Shown in pieces: positions 25,556 to 39,465 of a stretch of 64,000 nt of DNA; the first letter of the stretch is position 1, and every line of letters starts with the position of its first letter. Below the pieces are notes generated by a model, which was not told the DNA's origin, ran no database searches, and saw nothing but the letters and a program-made list of their open reading frames with translations. Where the stretch lies: the NCBI GenBank assembly GCA_020137815.1, contig CM035351.1, positions 124,001-188,000 on the forward strand, given 5' to 3'. The translations under genes and the position numbers were made by a program. This DNA comes from Hormiphora californensis. Lineage: Eukaryota; Animalia; Ctenophora.

Positions 25556-27328
25556 GGCAATTTTGCATTTGCGGGCATCGCACTTTAGACGCAGTACCCA
25601 CGTACTATAGACGCATTATAAACGCATTATAAACGCATTATAGACGCATTATAGACACACGCAATATAGACGCAATTTCGTAAGCAGCACTATAGACGCA
25701 ATATAGACGCATTATAACAGCAATATAAACGCATTTTTATAGACGCGACGCAGTATAGCCGCATTATAGGCGCACTACCCACCCCAAAATCACCTTATAG
25801 ACGCACTATAGACGCATTATAGACTGACTATAGCAGCACCATAAACGCTACATAGACCCATATAGACGCATGATAGAAGCATTATAGACGCAAATCACTT
25901 TTTATAGACGCCGCGTCTATAAAAAACGTGCTTTTTTAAGAAGCACTATAGACGTACTCCAGGCTACAATGCGATATTTGAGGCGCAGTTGGGCGTTTTA
26001 TAAACGCATCTTTGTTGCATATAAAAGGAAGCAGTATAGACGCATTATAGACGCAGTATAGCCGCATGTGTGCGAAATCGATAAAGACGTAATATAGACG
26101 CAAAATAAGAAGGAGAGGGAGAGCGAGGGAGGAGAGCGAAGGAGATGGAAAGGGGGAGGGAGGGATACAGGGACAGAGACAGATGGATAAACTTAAAGAC
26201 CTGAGACAGACGGACAGAGTTTAAGATGGAGATAACGGGTGACAACTAAAAATCTGGACAATTTTCTGTAAGCCCTAGCGCCGGCCCCGCTTGAGATACA
26301 GCTTCAGGCCAGTGATAGAACGATTTTTCAGACAATTTTGAATCAGAATAACACAACGGGAAAAACTAAAAAGTTCATTTTCATTGCGATATCGCATCAT
26401 TTCCTCTTGACCCACCAAAGCATGTAGTACTTGAAATTTACACACTTTTCTAGAACCTCTAGCGCCTGTTCTTTTTGAGATACAGCTTCGGGGCAGCGAT
26501 AGAATGATTTTTCAGACGATTTTGAACGAAATTAACTTTATTTCACACTCCGATAATCTAAATTCTAATCACAGAATCATCTGTAACAAACCCTTCAAAG
26601 CGTAGTTTACAGGTAATTTGAGAAATCGCCATTTTGACGATCTCTCGAAACATTTATGACGTGGAAAACCAACTTCCCGATAAGCTAAAATGTTGAAACT
26701 TGGCAGTTATGTTGGTTATGGCATGAACAACCATTATTTCAAATTTGAGAATTTTATGTCATCAGGAAGGTCGTTTCTGATCACACTGAAATCTCAAATC
26801 TCCGTACACATGCTTTGGTGGGTCAAGAGGAAATGTTGCGATAACGCAATGAAAATGAACTTTTTAGTTTTTTCCGTTGTGTTATTCTGATTCAAAATTG
26901 TCTGAAAAATCGTTCTAGCTCAGGCCTGAAGATGTATCTCAAGCGGGGCCGGCGCTAGAGCTCACAGAAAATTGTCCAGATTTTTAGTTGTCACCCGTTA
27001 GAGAGTAAGATGGAGAGAGAGTGAGATAGGGACGGAGTGAGACAGAAAAAGACAGAGATGGACGGACTATCTCCCTCTCTCTCCATCTTAATCTCTCTCC
27101 ATCTTAATCTCTGATCTCCATCTTAATCTCTCCGTCTGTCTCAGATCTTTGTGCATCTGCATCTCTGTATCCCTCCCTCTCTCCCTCTTTCCGGCCTCTC
27201 CTTCCCTCTCCCTCCCTCCCTCCCTCCATCTCTCCATCTGTCTCTATCTGATCTGGTTCTGTATCCCTCCCTCTCTCCCTCTCTCCCTCTTTCCCTCTCC
27301 TTCCCTCTCCCTCCCTCCCTCCCTCCCT

Positions 27329-27386
<58 letters not shown>

Positions 27387-27949
27387 GATCTCCTTCTTAT
27401 TTTGCGTCTATATTGCGTCTTTATCGATTTCGCTCACATGCGGCTATAATGCGTCTATAATGCGTCTATACTGCTTCCTTTTATATGCGACAAAGATGCG
27501 TTTATAGTTCGCCCAACTGCGCCTCAAATATCGCAGCGTGCGTCTGAGTACGTCTATAGTGCTTCTTAAAAAAGCACGTTTTTTATAGACGCGGCGTCTA
27601 TAAAAAGCGATTTGCGTTTATAATGCTTCTATCATGCGTCTATATGGGTCTATGTAGCGTTTATGGTGCTGCTATAGTCAGTCTATAATGCGTCTATAGT
27701 GCGTCTATAAGGTGATTTTGGGGTGGGTAGTGCGCCTATAATGCGGCTATACTGCGTCGCGTCTATAAAAATGCGTTTATGTTGCTGTTATAATGCGTCT
27801 ACATTGCGTCTATAGTGCTGCTTACGAAATTGCGTCTATATTGCGTGTGTCTATAATGCGTCTATAATGCGTTTATAATGCGTTTATAATGCGTCTATAG
27901 TACGTGGGTACTGCGTCTATAGTGCGATGCCCGCAAATGCAAAATTGCC
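25556..27949. mobile_element. Foldback-type transposon copy 2 (left module of the composite)
   Basis: Same GGCAATTTTG.../...CAAAATTGCC long arms as copy 1. Confidence 0.92.
26233..27000. mobile_element. TIR element, TAACGGGTG family, copy 2, nested in foldback copy 2
   Basis: TAACGGGTGACAACTAAAAATCTGGAC / GTCCAGATTTTTAGTTGTCACCCGTTA. Confidence 0.88.
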
Positions 27950-28542
27950 TATTTCTTTTATAAACTGAAATATAAGTAATGTAGCCATTATATGCCTTCC
28001 CTCTAATTCTACATTTAAATACCCCTTTAAAATTTAAATACTCTGTACTCTACTACATACTTATCATGCCACTTTGTTTTTGGGGAGCGGTGGATTGAGG
28101 AAGGGAAATATGTCACCGGCCACTCTCTCTCTCTCTCTCTCTCACAAAAATCAGAGATTTCGCGCTCAATCACATGATGTTTGCGACTATCATCACATGA
28201 CTATGCAAATGCAAGTATAAAATCAGAATTCAGTACCAATACTACAGTCACTAGTCAGCTAGATCGTGAGACTTCATCTTGGTCCTTACTCCTTATAAAC
28301 CCGATAAACCAATGATTGTACTCAGGCATCACACTGAAAATTTTGGGGTACCGTGCTATTTATATGGGAGTGGGTCTAAAAATTTGGGTGAGGAGACAGA
28401 TAGTGTTCCCCCAACTCTCAAAAATTTGAAATTTGAAATGTGGATGGGTCCCAACTTTTGGGTGTCTGTGACAGATAGATGTTCCCAAAAACGTCAAAAA
28501 TGTGGGATTTTTTCGAAAAATAGGGGAGTGGGTCCCAAAATA

Positions 28543-29440
28543 CCTTACTCTCGTTAATTAAGCTCGCATATTTCAAGAAACTTTTAAATAAGAAACTTTT
28601 TTTCTAGGAAACTACAGGTGTATACAATCCAAAAACAAAAAGAATTTATCCTTTATTAAGAAGCTAAATAAGTTAGGGGTGTTCTATTTTGTTGTGGTGT
28701 CTCTGAATTGTGTGATTTACATTTGAAAAGTTTCTTAAAAAAAAGTTTCTTCCTAAAGCGTTTCTTAATAAACGAGAGTAAGGGGGACCACATACAGCAC
28801 CGGTGCGAACTCCAGAACGTCGCACCACATACTGTCGGTGGAAACTTCAGTACAGTGAGTGTATGTGGTGCCTCTTACTGAACAATCAATAAAAACCTTC
28901 AAAACAAGCTAAAAACACGTAATTTTTTGTGAAATATCTTCCTCTCACTAATACCGAACTCTCTCTACCTCCTTTTCTCTCTCTTGTTATGTTTATCTCC
29001 ACTTATCTCTCTCTTATCTTTCCCGATTGCAGCACATATTTTCTCGATATGTCGGATAATCTCGCCCTTGTTCTAGGTGTGGCCCTTTCTGTCGTAGTGA
29101 GAGTGCGTGCGCCTCTTATTGGTTGCTGTGGTGTGGGTGTGTGTGTGTATTGTGAGATGCAGGTCTGTCATTGGCTAGTGCGCGCACGTGACCCCCACGT
29201 GACCTTTCAGTTCAGTACGAAGAGCACATACAGCACCGTACTGATCTTTTCTGAGCTAAGCTCACGTGAGATTGTGTACTGATAGTCCCACCGATATTTA
29301 TCAGTAAGAGGCACCACATACGGCAGTGCGTACTGGAGTTTGCACCGAAAGTGCTGTATGTGCTAGTGAGAACTGAAGTTAGAGGCACCACATACGGCGG
29401 TGCGAATTTCAGTACAGTGCTGTATGTGGTCCCCCTAAGG
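28543..29440. mobile_element. TA-flanked MITE whose right TIR is interrupted by the Harbinger-like MITE at 28782-29435
   Basis: TA|CCTTACTCTCG ... CGAGAGTAA[insert]GG|TA. Confidence 0.65.
28782..29435. mobile_element. PIF/Harbinger-like MITE
   Basis: TIR GGGGGACCACATACAGCAC / GTGCTGTATGTGGTCCCCC; TAA on both sides. Confidence 0.82.
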
Positions 29441-29670
29441 TATGGGGTGTGAGTCAGTTAAAGGACGACCCCTAACTGTCAAAATCAAGGGGGGAAGGGG
29501 GTGTTTTCCATCTGGGACTGTTAGGGGCATGGATGTCTGATTAGATACTGTTAGGATGACCCCCTCCCCCCCCCCCCCTCTGCGTGCGATCTATTCCGCT
29601 TTTACCCACCCTAAGTTCAATTGTATATTTATTTCAACATACTTCAATAGCATTAACAAAAGCATACTAA

Positions 29671-31080
29671 ATGGGCACCATGGGCCTTTCCGAGAATGCC
29701 CAGCTAGAAGCAGAAAAAGCTGTGTTTGAGAACATCAAGGCGTTTGTCAAAGAATCTGGGTTAACGACAGACAGTTTCTTTTCGGACACCCTTGCTTTTG
29801 CTAAAATAAAGATAACTGCGGCAGATGGGACCCACCTCAAAACATTTGATCTGACGGAGCTGCTACTTGCCGATGGTGTGGCACAGATACATTTTGAGGA
29901 TACTGATAGGGACATCAACTTACTGATGAATATCGGAAGCAGCGAAATTAGGGACCACATCCTGGATGGTGATACACATCAACTGTGGAAGGATAACATT
30001 GAGCAAAACATGTTGATTGACATGTACAACGCTTCATACTCGATGTCATTTGTGTGGACCGATGGTACAGAGTCCTTTCGTCAAAACGACAAGATGATCC
30101 TGCGAACGTCGGTGCTCATCATTTGTGCCCTTGTATTGGGGTTTCTTTCCATCAGAGATTTGTGGAAGCATTATAGGAAGACCCCCGGTAAGTTACTGAG
30201 GTATGTGAGATGTTTTCGAGAAGGATGGCTGGTGTCAATAGCTTTCCTCAGCTTCATATCTCATGTCGGTAACTTGCTTCCCTCACTCGGGAAGTCCTTC
30301 TCGTGGCTTAAAAAGGTCACACGGACGATCGATTTTATCACCTTCTACGAGGGAGCATCACTCAAGTTTTTTACCTGTTGCATCTACATTTTCCAGACTG
30401 TGATGGTAGTGTTTCCATTCTACTTTCGATCCAACAAGTCTAAGCTATTGTTGACAATGGCCAACACGATGACTGGAGTTGCGGTTACCTTGGTTACCAT
30501 ACCTCTGCCAGTTATAGTGGGATACATTAAGATCACGAGGGTATCCAGTTGCAATGATGTCGCTAACCTTAGCCAGCACGTTCAAGTAACGAACGCCATT
30601 CTATTTGCAATATTTGTCGTTGGTGCCTCTGTAACAAGTATGGCATATATGCTGATGTACTGGCTTTCCAATAGGAAGGAGGGCGATGAGGTGCAGGTTG
30701 CTAGGCAACAGAATGCAGAAAACACTGAGGAGACGCTTCTAAAGACGATCGTGGAAGCAGTGACAAACATCGTTCTGATATACTACACAGTGCAACATCA
30801 TCTTGACATCGCAACATTCCACAAGCAACGATCCAAGGTGACTGACTGTATATCTGTCGATCCAGTGTTTTCTACCGTGGCCACCCAACCGGCTAGCTTT
30901 GATGCTCTCTTGGCTCAGCAGGGAGTCACTGCTATTATTTGCTCGATAGTGCCTCGTATTCGCAAGTTACTCAAGAAGTTTTGGGTCAGAGGTATGGTTA
31001 CAGGAGACAAAGGTGACGAGGGATCAGGTGATGGCATATCAGTTCAACAGAGTTCAGATACTACCCCGCCGAACAATTAA
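29671..31080 (+). CDS. Intronless 469-aa multi-pass membrane protein, probably a divergent 7TM/GPCR-like receptor
   Basis: Long ATG-initiated ORF; ~140-aa hydrophilic N-terminus followed by about seven hydrophobic segments; TM3-end QTVMVVFPF in place of DRY. Confidence 0.72.
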   Translation: MGTMGLSENAQLEAEKAVFENIKAFVKESGLTTDSFFSDTLAFAKIKITAADGTHLKTFDLTELLLADGVAQIHFEDTDRDINLLMNIGSSEIRDHILDGDTHQLWKDNIEQNMLIDMYNASYSMSFVWTDGTESFRQNDKMILRTSVLIICALVLGFLSIRDLWKHYRKTPGKLLRYVRCFREGWLVSIAFLSFISHVGNLLPSLGKSFSWLKKVTRTIDFITFYEGASLKFFTCCIYIFQTVMVVFPFYFRSNKSKLLLTMANTMTGVAVTLVTIPLPVIVGYIKITRVSSCNDVANLSQHVQVTNAILFAIFVVGASVTSMAYMLMYWLSNRKEGDEVQVARQQNAENTEETLLKTIVEAVTNIVLIYYTVQHHLDIATFHKQRSKVTDCISVDPVFSTVATQPASFDALLAQQGVTAIICSIVPRIRKLLKKFWVRGMVTGDKGDEGSGDGISVQQSSDTTPPNN

Positions 31081-31494
31081 ATGCTAAGTTTTAAGTGCTG
31101 TTTAATGCAGTTTTTTCAACTACAGCGTTTAAATATTTATTGAGAAACTGAGACTCCAAGATGCATGGAGTGGGTGCTACTGGGGGAACTCCAAACTGGT
31201 CTCGCGTGTGTTAGCGTGGGTTCAGGCATTCAGGAAAACGACGTTGATTCAGGTGTTTAAATAGCTATAGTGGCCCCCATTCCAAGCTTTATGATGTCGC
31301 GGACGGTGACACCAGCCCGTCAAGGTTGGCACAGCAGTGAGAGTCCAAGAATAAATAAAGACCATATTGTGACGATTTCCGTGGAAGAGACTTGATACTT
31401 TTCTGAGATACAATTAAGAAATTCGGCGTGAACGGCTATGCCTGAGTGAGTACTAACAGAATGGGTAAACTCTACTAAAGTAAAACTGGTTTTC

Positions 31495-32852
<1,358 letters not shown>

Positions 32853-33288
32853 AGCTTCAAGTAAAACACACCCGAGTGGTCAGCGGTATGAAAATAACAA
32901 AAGGAAAATAAACGGAGGTTGAGACCAGGAAGGAAAAGTATTACAGTTGAGAAGCATTGACAAAAAGAAATAAGGGGATCATTGCTCTCTATACATTTCT
33001 CTCTATATTTGAGGTGGCCCATTCGAATGGGATCATGAACTATATATACACACACACATACACAGCACAATGTTCCAGTTCATACATTTTCAGTTTTAAC
33101 ATGACAAGTCCCACGTTTACTGAAACAATTGTTGTTCATGCCTATTAATATCAACATCCCTTGTTTTCAGTGCTATTTGGGGAGGCAAGCTGGATATCCA
33201 TGACAGTGGTGGAGAGGATCTGCTTTTTTCTCACCATGACAACCAGATTCTACAAGCGGAGAGTCACTCAGCTTGTAAACAATGGGTA

Positions 33289-34480
33289 GGGTAGAAAGGG
33301 GTAAAATGGCACACTTTCTAACGTTTTAGGTTCTAAAATACTCAATTTATACAGCAAGGAGAAAAATATATATATATATAGGCTATCCAATGAAACGTTT
33401 TCCTTTCAGACGAGCTAAATTTTAAAATCTGAAAGTTTTATTTAATAGCTTAATTAATCAATTCAAAAAGTTTGGTAGGGCTTTTTTTGGAAATTTTGCA
33501 CTGGGGTAAAATGGTCCAGCCAATAGCATTGCTCGATTTTTATCACGTGCCTGGTGTTGTTAGAGCACTGGGGTAAAATGGTCCATGTTATCTTCAGTAA
33601 TTTCTGTGTGTGTGTGTGTGTGGCTCTAGGTTATAGCGTACCAAACTCTGCCGCACGACAGAACGGTGTTGCAACCTGTCATAAAGTCTGTGGTCTGTAT
33701 GAAAGATAGTAGCTAAAATATCACGCTCAAAATTACACCAAAATCAAACAAAATTTCTCTGATATTCTAACTGTTTGTGGTCTGTATTCGGGCACTCTCA
33801 CGCAAGCTTTATGTCCTGTCAGCTTCTGAGTCTGGAACAAGGTAACGTTTTGCCTTTGAGAGAGTCTTGAGTTTGGTTTAGTCTGGATCAAGGTAACGTT
33901 TTGCCTTTGAGAGTGTCTTGAGTTTAGTTTGGTCTGGAACAAGGTAACGTTTTGCCTTTGAGAATTTCTTGAGTTTGGGTCTGGAATCCCGATGTTTACC
34001 GTGTTTTGAATAGTAAATTACATTCAAAATATAAACTTTACACAATCTGTGAACAGACAATACGGACAGGTGAACTTACAGAATTTACCCCAGTGTGCTG
34101 GACCATTTTACCCCAGTTGGTATCACGTGGTATTGGAGGCTCGATTTCATTGGTCCCAGGGTGAACCATTTTACCCCAGTGAGGGTGAACCATTTTACCC
34201 CAGTTTGACTAATTTGACAATTTAATCAACTTAATAGTGGGTTTTTTGAAAAATTTTTATACCAAGTTTTAGAAGGATAAAAACCCTAACTGGCAGTTTT
34301 TGCAAAATTAAAATCGGCCAACTCAAACAGAAATTACAGCAGTTTTAAAGCAAAAATTCGGAACAGAACGAGCAGGTCTCCGCTGGAGAAAAAGTCACGT
34401 GACTACATGTAATAACTATGACCATTTTACCCCATACATGTGCCATTTTACCCCGTGTGCCATTTTACCCCTTTCTACCC
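33289..34480. mobile_element. TA-flanked non-autonomous DNA transposon (Tc1/mariner-pogo-like)
   Basis: TA|GGGTAGAAAGGGGTAAAATGGCACAC ... GTGTGCCATTTTACCCCTTTCTACCC|TA; internal GGGGTAAAATGGTC subrepeats. Confidence 0.85.
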
Positions 34481-34681
34481 TAAACAAAATAACTTAGAGT
34501 TGACCACCTATTTACCGTTCCCCCGAGCAGCCCGGTCTAATCGTAGTATCTTACTCTGTTAATTTATTTCTCTCCCTCTCTTCTTTCAGCTCTTGCACTT
34601 CCTGTCTCTCTCCCACCTTCAATTAAGTTCGTAAACCATATCCCCCGTTCCAGGTTAACTATTTCATCCACACCGGACATC

Positions 34682-36815
34682 GGCAATTTTGCATTTGCGG
34701 GCATCGCACTATAGACGCAGTACCCACGTACTATAGACGCATTATAAACGCATTATAAACGCATTATAGACGCATTATAGACACACGCAATATAGACGCA
34801 ATTTCGTAAGCAGCACTATAGACGCAATATAGACGCATTATAACAGCAATATAAACGCATTTTTATAGACGCGACGCAGTATAGCCGCATTATAGGCGCA
34901 CTACCCACCCCAAAATCACCTTATAGACGCACTATAGACGCATTATAGACTGACTATAGCAACACCATAAACACTACATAGACCCATATAGACGCATGAT
35001 AGCAGCATTATAGACGCAAATCGCTTTTTATAGACGCCGCGTCTATAAAAAACGTGCTTTTTTAAGAAGCACTATAGACGTACTTCAGGCTACAGTGCGG
35101 GTGGGCGGACTCTAGTGCTAACGGACTCTTTATCTAAATCCAAGGCGGACTCTATATCTAAAAACGGACTCTTTATCTACAGTTAGATTTTGAAAAAAGT
35201 TTAGATAAAGAGTCCTCCCTGTGTAGACTTTTTAGATAAAGAGTCCGCCCTGTGTAGAATTTTTAGACATAGAGTCCTCTAGTACATTTTGGCGCCAAAT
35301 CCTCCAACCCGGACTCTATGTCTAAAATCCTAACCCAACCCAAAACCTAACCCTAACACTAACCCTAACCCTAACCTCGAACCCAAATAACGGCCCTAAC
35401 ACTTCTAAATTAGTATAGGGGTAGAGCAAACTCTCGTTTCCGGCCTAACGGCCGAAATCTCGAGTTCGCGGCGAAAGGCGGACTCTATATCTAATTTAGA
35501 TTTATGTAGATATAGAGTCCACTTTGTTTAGACTTTTTAGATAAAGAGTCCGCCCTGTGTAGACTTTTTAGATAAAGAGTCCTCCTAGAGTTTAGAATTA
35601 TTTGGACTCTTTATCTAAATTTAAATTTAGATATAGAGTCCTCTTTAGACTTAGAGTGTAGCACTAGAGTCCGCACACCTACAGTGCGATATTTGAGGCG
35701 CAGTTGGGCGTTTTATAAACGCATTTTTGTCGCATATAAAAGGAAGCAGTATAGACGCATTATAGACGCATTATAGCCGCATGTGTGCGAAATCGATAAA
35801 GACGCAATATAGACGCAAAATAAGAAGGAGAGGGAGGGAGAGGGAAGGAGGGAGGGAGAGGGAAGGAGAGGGAAAGAGGGAAAGAGAGGGAGGGACTGAG
35901 GGAGGGATACAGGGACAGAGACAGACGGATAAAGACCTGAGACAGAAGGACAGAGTAAGATGGAAAGAGAGTAAGATGGAAAGAGAGTGATATATAGGGA
36001 CGGAGTGAGACAGAAAAAGACAGAGATGGAAACAAACGGACAGAGACAGACGGACGGACAAACACGCGCTTACTATCTCCCTCTCTGTCTCACTCTCTCT
36101 CCATCTTAATCTCTCTCCATCTTACTCTGTCCGTCTGTTTCAGATCTGTGTCCATCTGTCTCTGTCTGATCTGTCTCTGTATCCCTCCCTCTTTCCCTCT
36201 CCTTCCCTCTCCCTCCCTCCCTCCCTCCCTCCCTCCCTCTAGTCTCTCTCCCTCTCCTTCTTATTTTGCGTCTATATTGCGTCTTTATCGATTTCGCACA
36301 CATGCGGCTATAATGCGTCTATAATGCGTCTATACTGCTTCGTTTTATATGCGACAAAAATGCGTTTATAGTTCGCCCAACTGCGCCTCAAATATCGCAG
36401 CGTGCGTCTGAGTACGTCTATAGTGCTTCTTAAAAAAACACGTTTTTTATAGACGCGGCGTCTATAAAAAGCGATTTGCGTCTATAATGCTTCTATCATG
36501 CGTCTATATGGGTCTATGTAGCGTTTATGGTGCTGCTATAGTCAGTCTATAATGCGTCTATAGTGCGTCTATAAGGTGATTTTGGGGTGGGTAGTGCGCC
36601 TATAATGCGGCTATACTGCGTCGCGTCTATAAAAATGCGTTTATATTGCTGTTATAATGCGTCTATATTGCGTCTATAGTGCTGCTTACGAAATTGCGTC
36701 TATATTGCGTGTGTCTATAATGCGTCTATAATGCGTTTATAATGCGTTTATAATATGCGTCTATAGTACGTGGGTACTGCGTCTATAGTGCGATGCCCGC
36801 AAATGCAAAATTGCC
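34682..36815. mobile_element. Foldback-type transposon copy 3 (right module of the composite)
   Basis: Same long arms as copies 1 and 2. Confidence 0.92.
35100..35679. mobile_element. MITE (GGTGGGCGGACTCTAG family), long copy with TAACCC repeats, nested in foldback copy 3
   Basis: TIRs; 9-bp TSD TACAGTGCG at 35091-35099 and 35680-35688. Confidence 0.9.
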
Positions 36816-36988
36816 CACATTATATAACTGATTTATTTGACGGGGGAGTTATATTGTGTATAGAAATTTGTTGTTTGTAATGTTTTAAAACTGTATCACC
36901 AAATTCAGCTGTATTGAACTTCGTATGGTGCAGTGAGGGACTTTAGTGAGAATTAAACTGAGAATGTGTGTGATGGGTATCAAGGAAA

Positions 36989-37265
36989 GGGTCACCACAC
37001 ACCAAAGTTAAAATTAAAATTAAAATTTTGATTTTAAACCCGCACACATCAGCGGCCGTTAAAATTTCTCTCCCTTATTCTAAAAGTAACAATCTCGCGC
37101 GCGATTTTAACGGCGTGTTAAAATTTTGTCATCCAACGCGACCGTCAAAATCGTGCGTGAGATTGTTACTTTTAGAATGGGGAGAGAAATTTTAACGGCC
37201 GCTGGTGTGTGCGGGTTTAAAATCAAAATTTTAATTTTAATTTTAACTTTGGTGTGTGGTGACCC
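36989..37265. mobile_element. Palindromic ~277-bp MITE (Harbinger-like), copy 1
   Basis: GGGTCACCACACACCAAAGTT...AACTTTGGTGTGTGGTGACCC; AAA on both sides; second copy at 61040. Confidence 0.88.
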
Positions 37266-37969
37266 AAAAGGGCCTATAAAAACCAAGATTGAGGGGGTCG
37301 CACCAGGTGTCTATATGTCACCAAAAGGAAAAGGGCCTATAAAAAACTTGATCCTCCGCGGATCTGTCAGGCCAATGCTCTGACCACAGTTCTCGCGGGC
37401 CAATGCTCTGACAGCCGCGGATGACCTTTAGACCTTTGTCATGGATCTGTCAGAGCATAGGCCTGACGGCTGACCCTATTCGAGAACTGTGGTCAGAGCA
37501 TAGGCCTGACGGCTGACCCTATTCGAGAACTGTGGTCAGAGCATTGGCCTGACAATTAGGATAAATTGGTCATGGTCTGTAGTTCGTAGTCGTAGAGAGC
37601 AAGGAAAGATTGAATAATAATAATATTAACTGTCCAGAGCTGCGCAGAGCTGCGCAGAGCTGTGTTTTGCTCTAGATTCTTCTATCTACTATAGACTAGA
37701 TCATAGATTGTCTTGTCTAATCGATAGGGCATTAACACAGAATCACCGAGATAGATGGAGGGTTAATATCTTTTCTAGCTTAGCAGGATCTCTACGCTAC
37801 GAACTGCAGTACATACCGTGACAAGTTAGCGAAGCTAATGTTGTTAACAACAATAGCTTCGCTAACTGGTCACGGTATGTACTGCAGTTCGTAGAGAAAG
37901 GTGTATGGATAACAATGTTATCAATCCACTTTCTCTCCCTCTCCTAGCTCCTGTCTCCTGGGGTTATAA

Positions 37970-39397
37970 TGTAGGACTGGGTGTGACCCCGAGAGAGTGC
38001 AGACTCGCAGTGAGAATGCCCATCTCTGTGTAGCCTGGGTAGGACTGTAAAAACCCCAGGGTGGCTAGGTTGTGTGGCCACTGCTACACTCCTACCGGAC
38101 TACCTATAGTCCGTACTCCAAAAGCTCCCGTATCCTTAGGATTTAGCATTTGTATACACATAATATGGGCCAAGGCATGCACTGCGAATGACCCAATGGA
38201 GACCACTATGCAATGTTTCCGAAAGCCAGCCCCCATTCCGTACCGTTTCCAACGCGATGGCGAGCACGGTGTTTCCCATAGAAAACACCGAGCTCTAAAA
38301 CATAACTCATGTATTTGAGGGGCGTGAATCCCTTGCCTGCACGCAAACCAATGATAAAAACATAAAGCCCATGAATACACGTATTTCAGCCTGTAAATAT
38401 AATACTCTCGCACTCTCTTCTACATCACTCTCTCACTCGCTCCTCTACATCACTCTCTCACTCTCTTATCTACATCACTCTCTCATTCTCTTATCTACAT
38501 CACTCTCTCACTCACTCACTTCTCTACATCACTCTCTCACTCACTCCTCGATCTCACTCTCTCCTGGCCCCTATACCACTGCATAACGCCTCCTTAGTTA
38601 GCCCAACAAGCCCAAGCCCGAATCACAAGCAAACTGAGTCAACCCGATCAGGTGGCGGTCTAATGACTGAGAGACCATTGCACAATGTAGCCTGTCGGGG
38701 AAGACCCTCCGACACATATGGAGACCATGTTGAGCCCGTCAGATGACCATGGCCTGATAGCCAAGCAACTCTCCGACCTGAGCAAGTCCCAAGCAGAAGT
38801 GAGGATTTCACCCCTCGCTTCCGAGTTTTGTTACGTGCGCCTGAAGGCGGGGAATCACCCCTAATCACGTGCTAACTGCCCCGTCCCCGATTGGCCAATT
38901 ACCGCGTGTGCCGTAGGGGAATAAGCAAAGGAGGGGAATTACGCATTGTCCTAACGCAGGTCACGTGACCCGAGCCTCTCGCGGAACCAACTTGCTAACA
39001 GCCGATGAGTCGCCCGAAAAAACCTAATTACGATTATGCCCGCTAAAGGATTATTGTCCGCACCTAGTTAGCAAGAAACTTATCATGTAGCCCACGGAGT
39101 GATGGCACCCCTGGTACAGCTAATGGTTTTCCCGGGAATTTCTCCCTGAAGCCCGCTTCTAATGGCCCAAGGCCCCTCTCCCCAACTCTGACTCGTCTCT
39201 CTCTCTGTCTCTCTCTTTGCACTTTATCCTCAAAATAACTCAAAAAATAGTAACTCCATTACGGCCCTCTGTATCACACTCTCTTCCCATTAATATCGTG
39301 AAATAAAATATTAATAAAAAACACACCAAATATATATAACACACTAAACATATATAAGTATGTTTGCCCGGCCTAAATGTAGGTTTACCGCCCTACA
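37970..39397 (-). repeat. 3' LTR (1428 bp)
   Basis: TGTAGG...CCTACA; direct repeat of 52215-53642, with identical ORF-track translations. Confidence 0.97.
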
Positions 39398-39412
39398 TAC
39401 CCACCCCCCCTG
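39398..39412 (-). other. Polypurine tract
   Basis: Minus strand AGGGGGGGTGGGTA immediately before the 3' LTR. Confidence 0.8.
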
Positions 39413-39465
39413 ACAAAATGGAGTTTTTATTTTTTCTCCACACTTACAGCATAAGCCCTTTGTCC

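Noticed and set aside
35330-35400. Telomere or interstitial telomeric site (TAACCC)
   Set aside because: Short degenerate run internal to a MITE, also present in the 31814 copy
38061-38868. Small ORFs in the LTRs (duplicated at 52306-53113)
   Set aside because: Short, no recognisable motifs, and duplicated only because the LTR is duplicated
39001-39025. Hammerhead-like CCGATGAG...GAAA in the LTR
   Set aside because: Core deviates from CUGAUGA and no convincing stems are present
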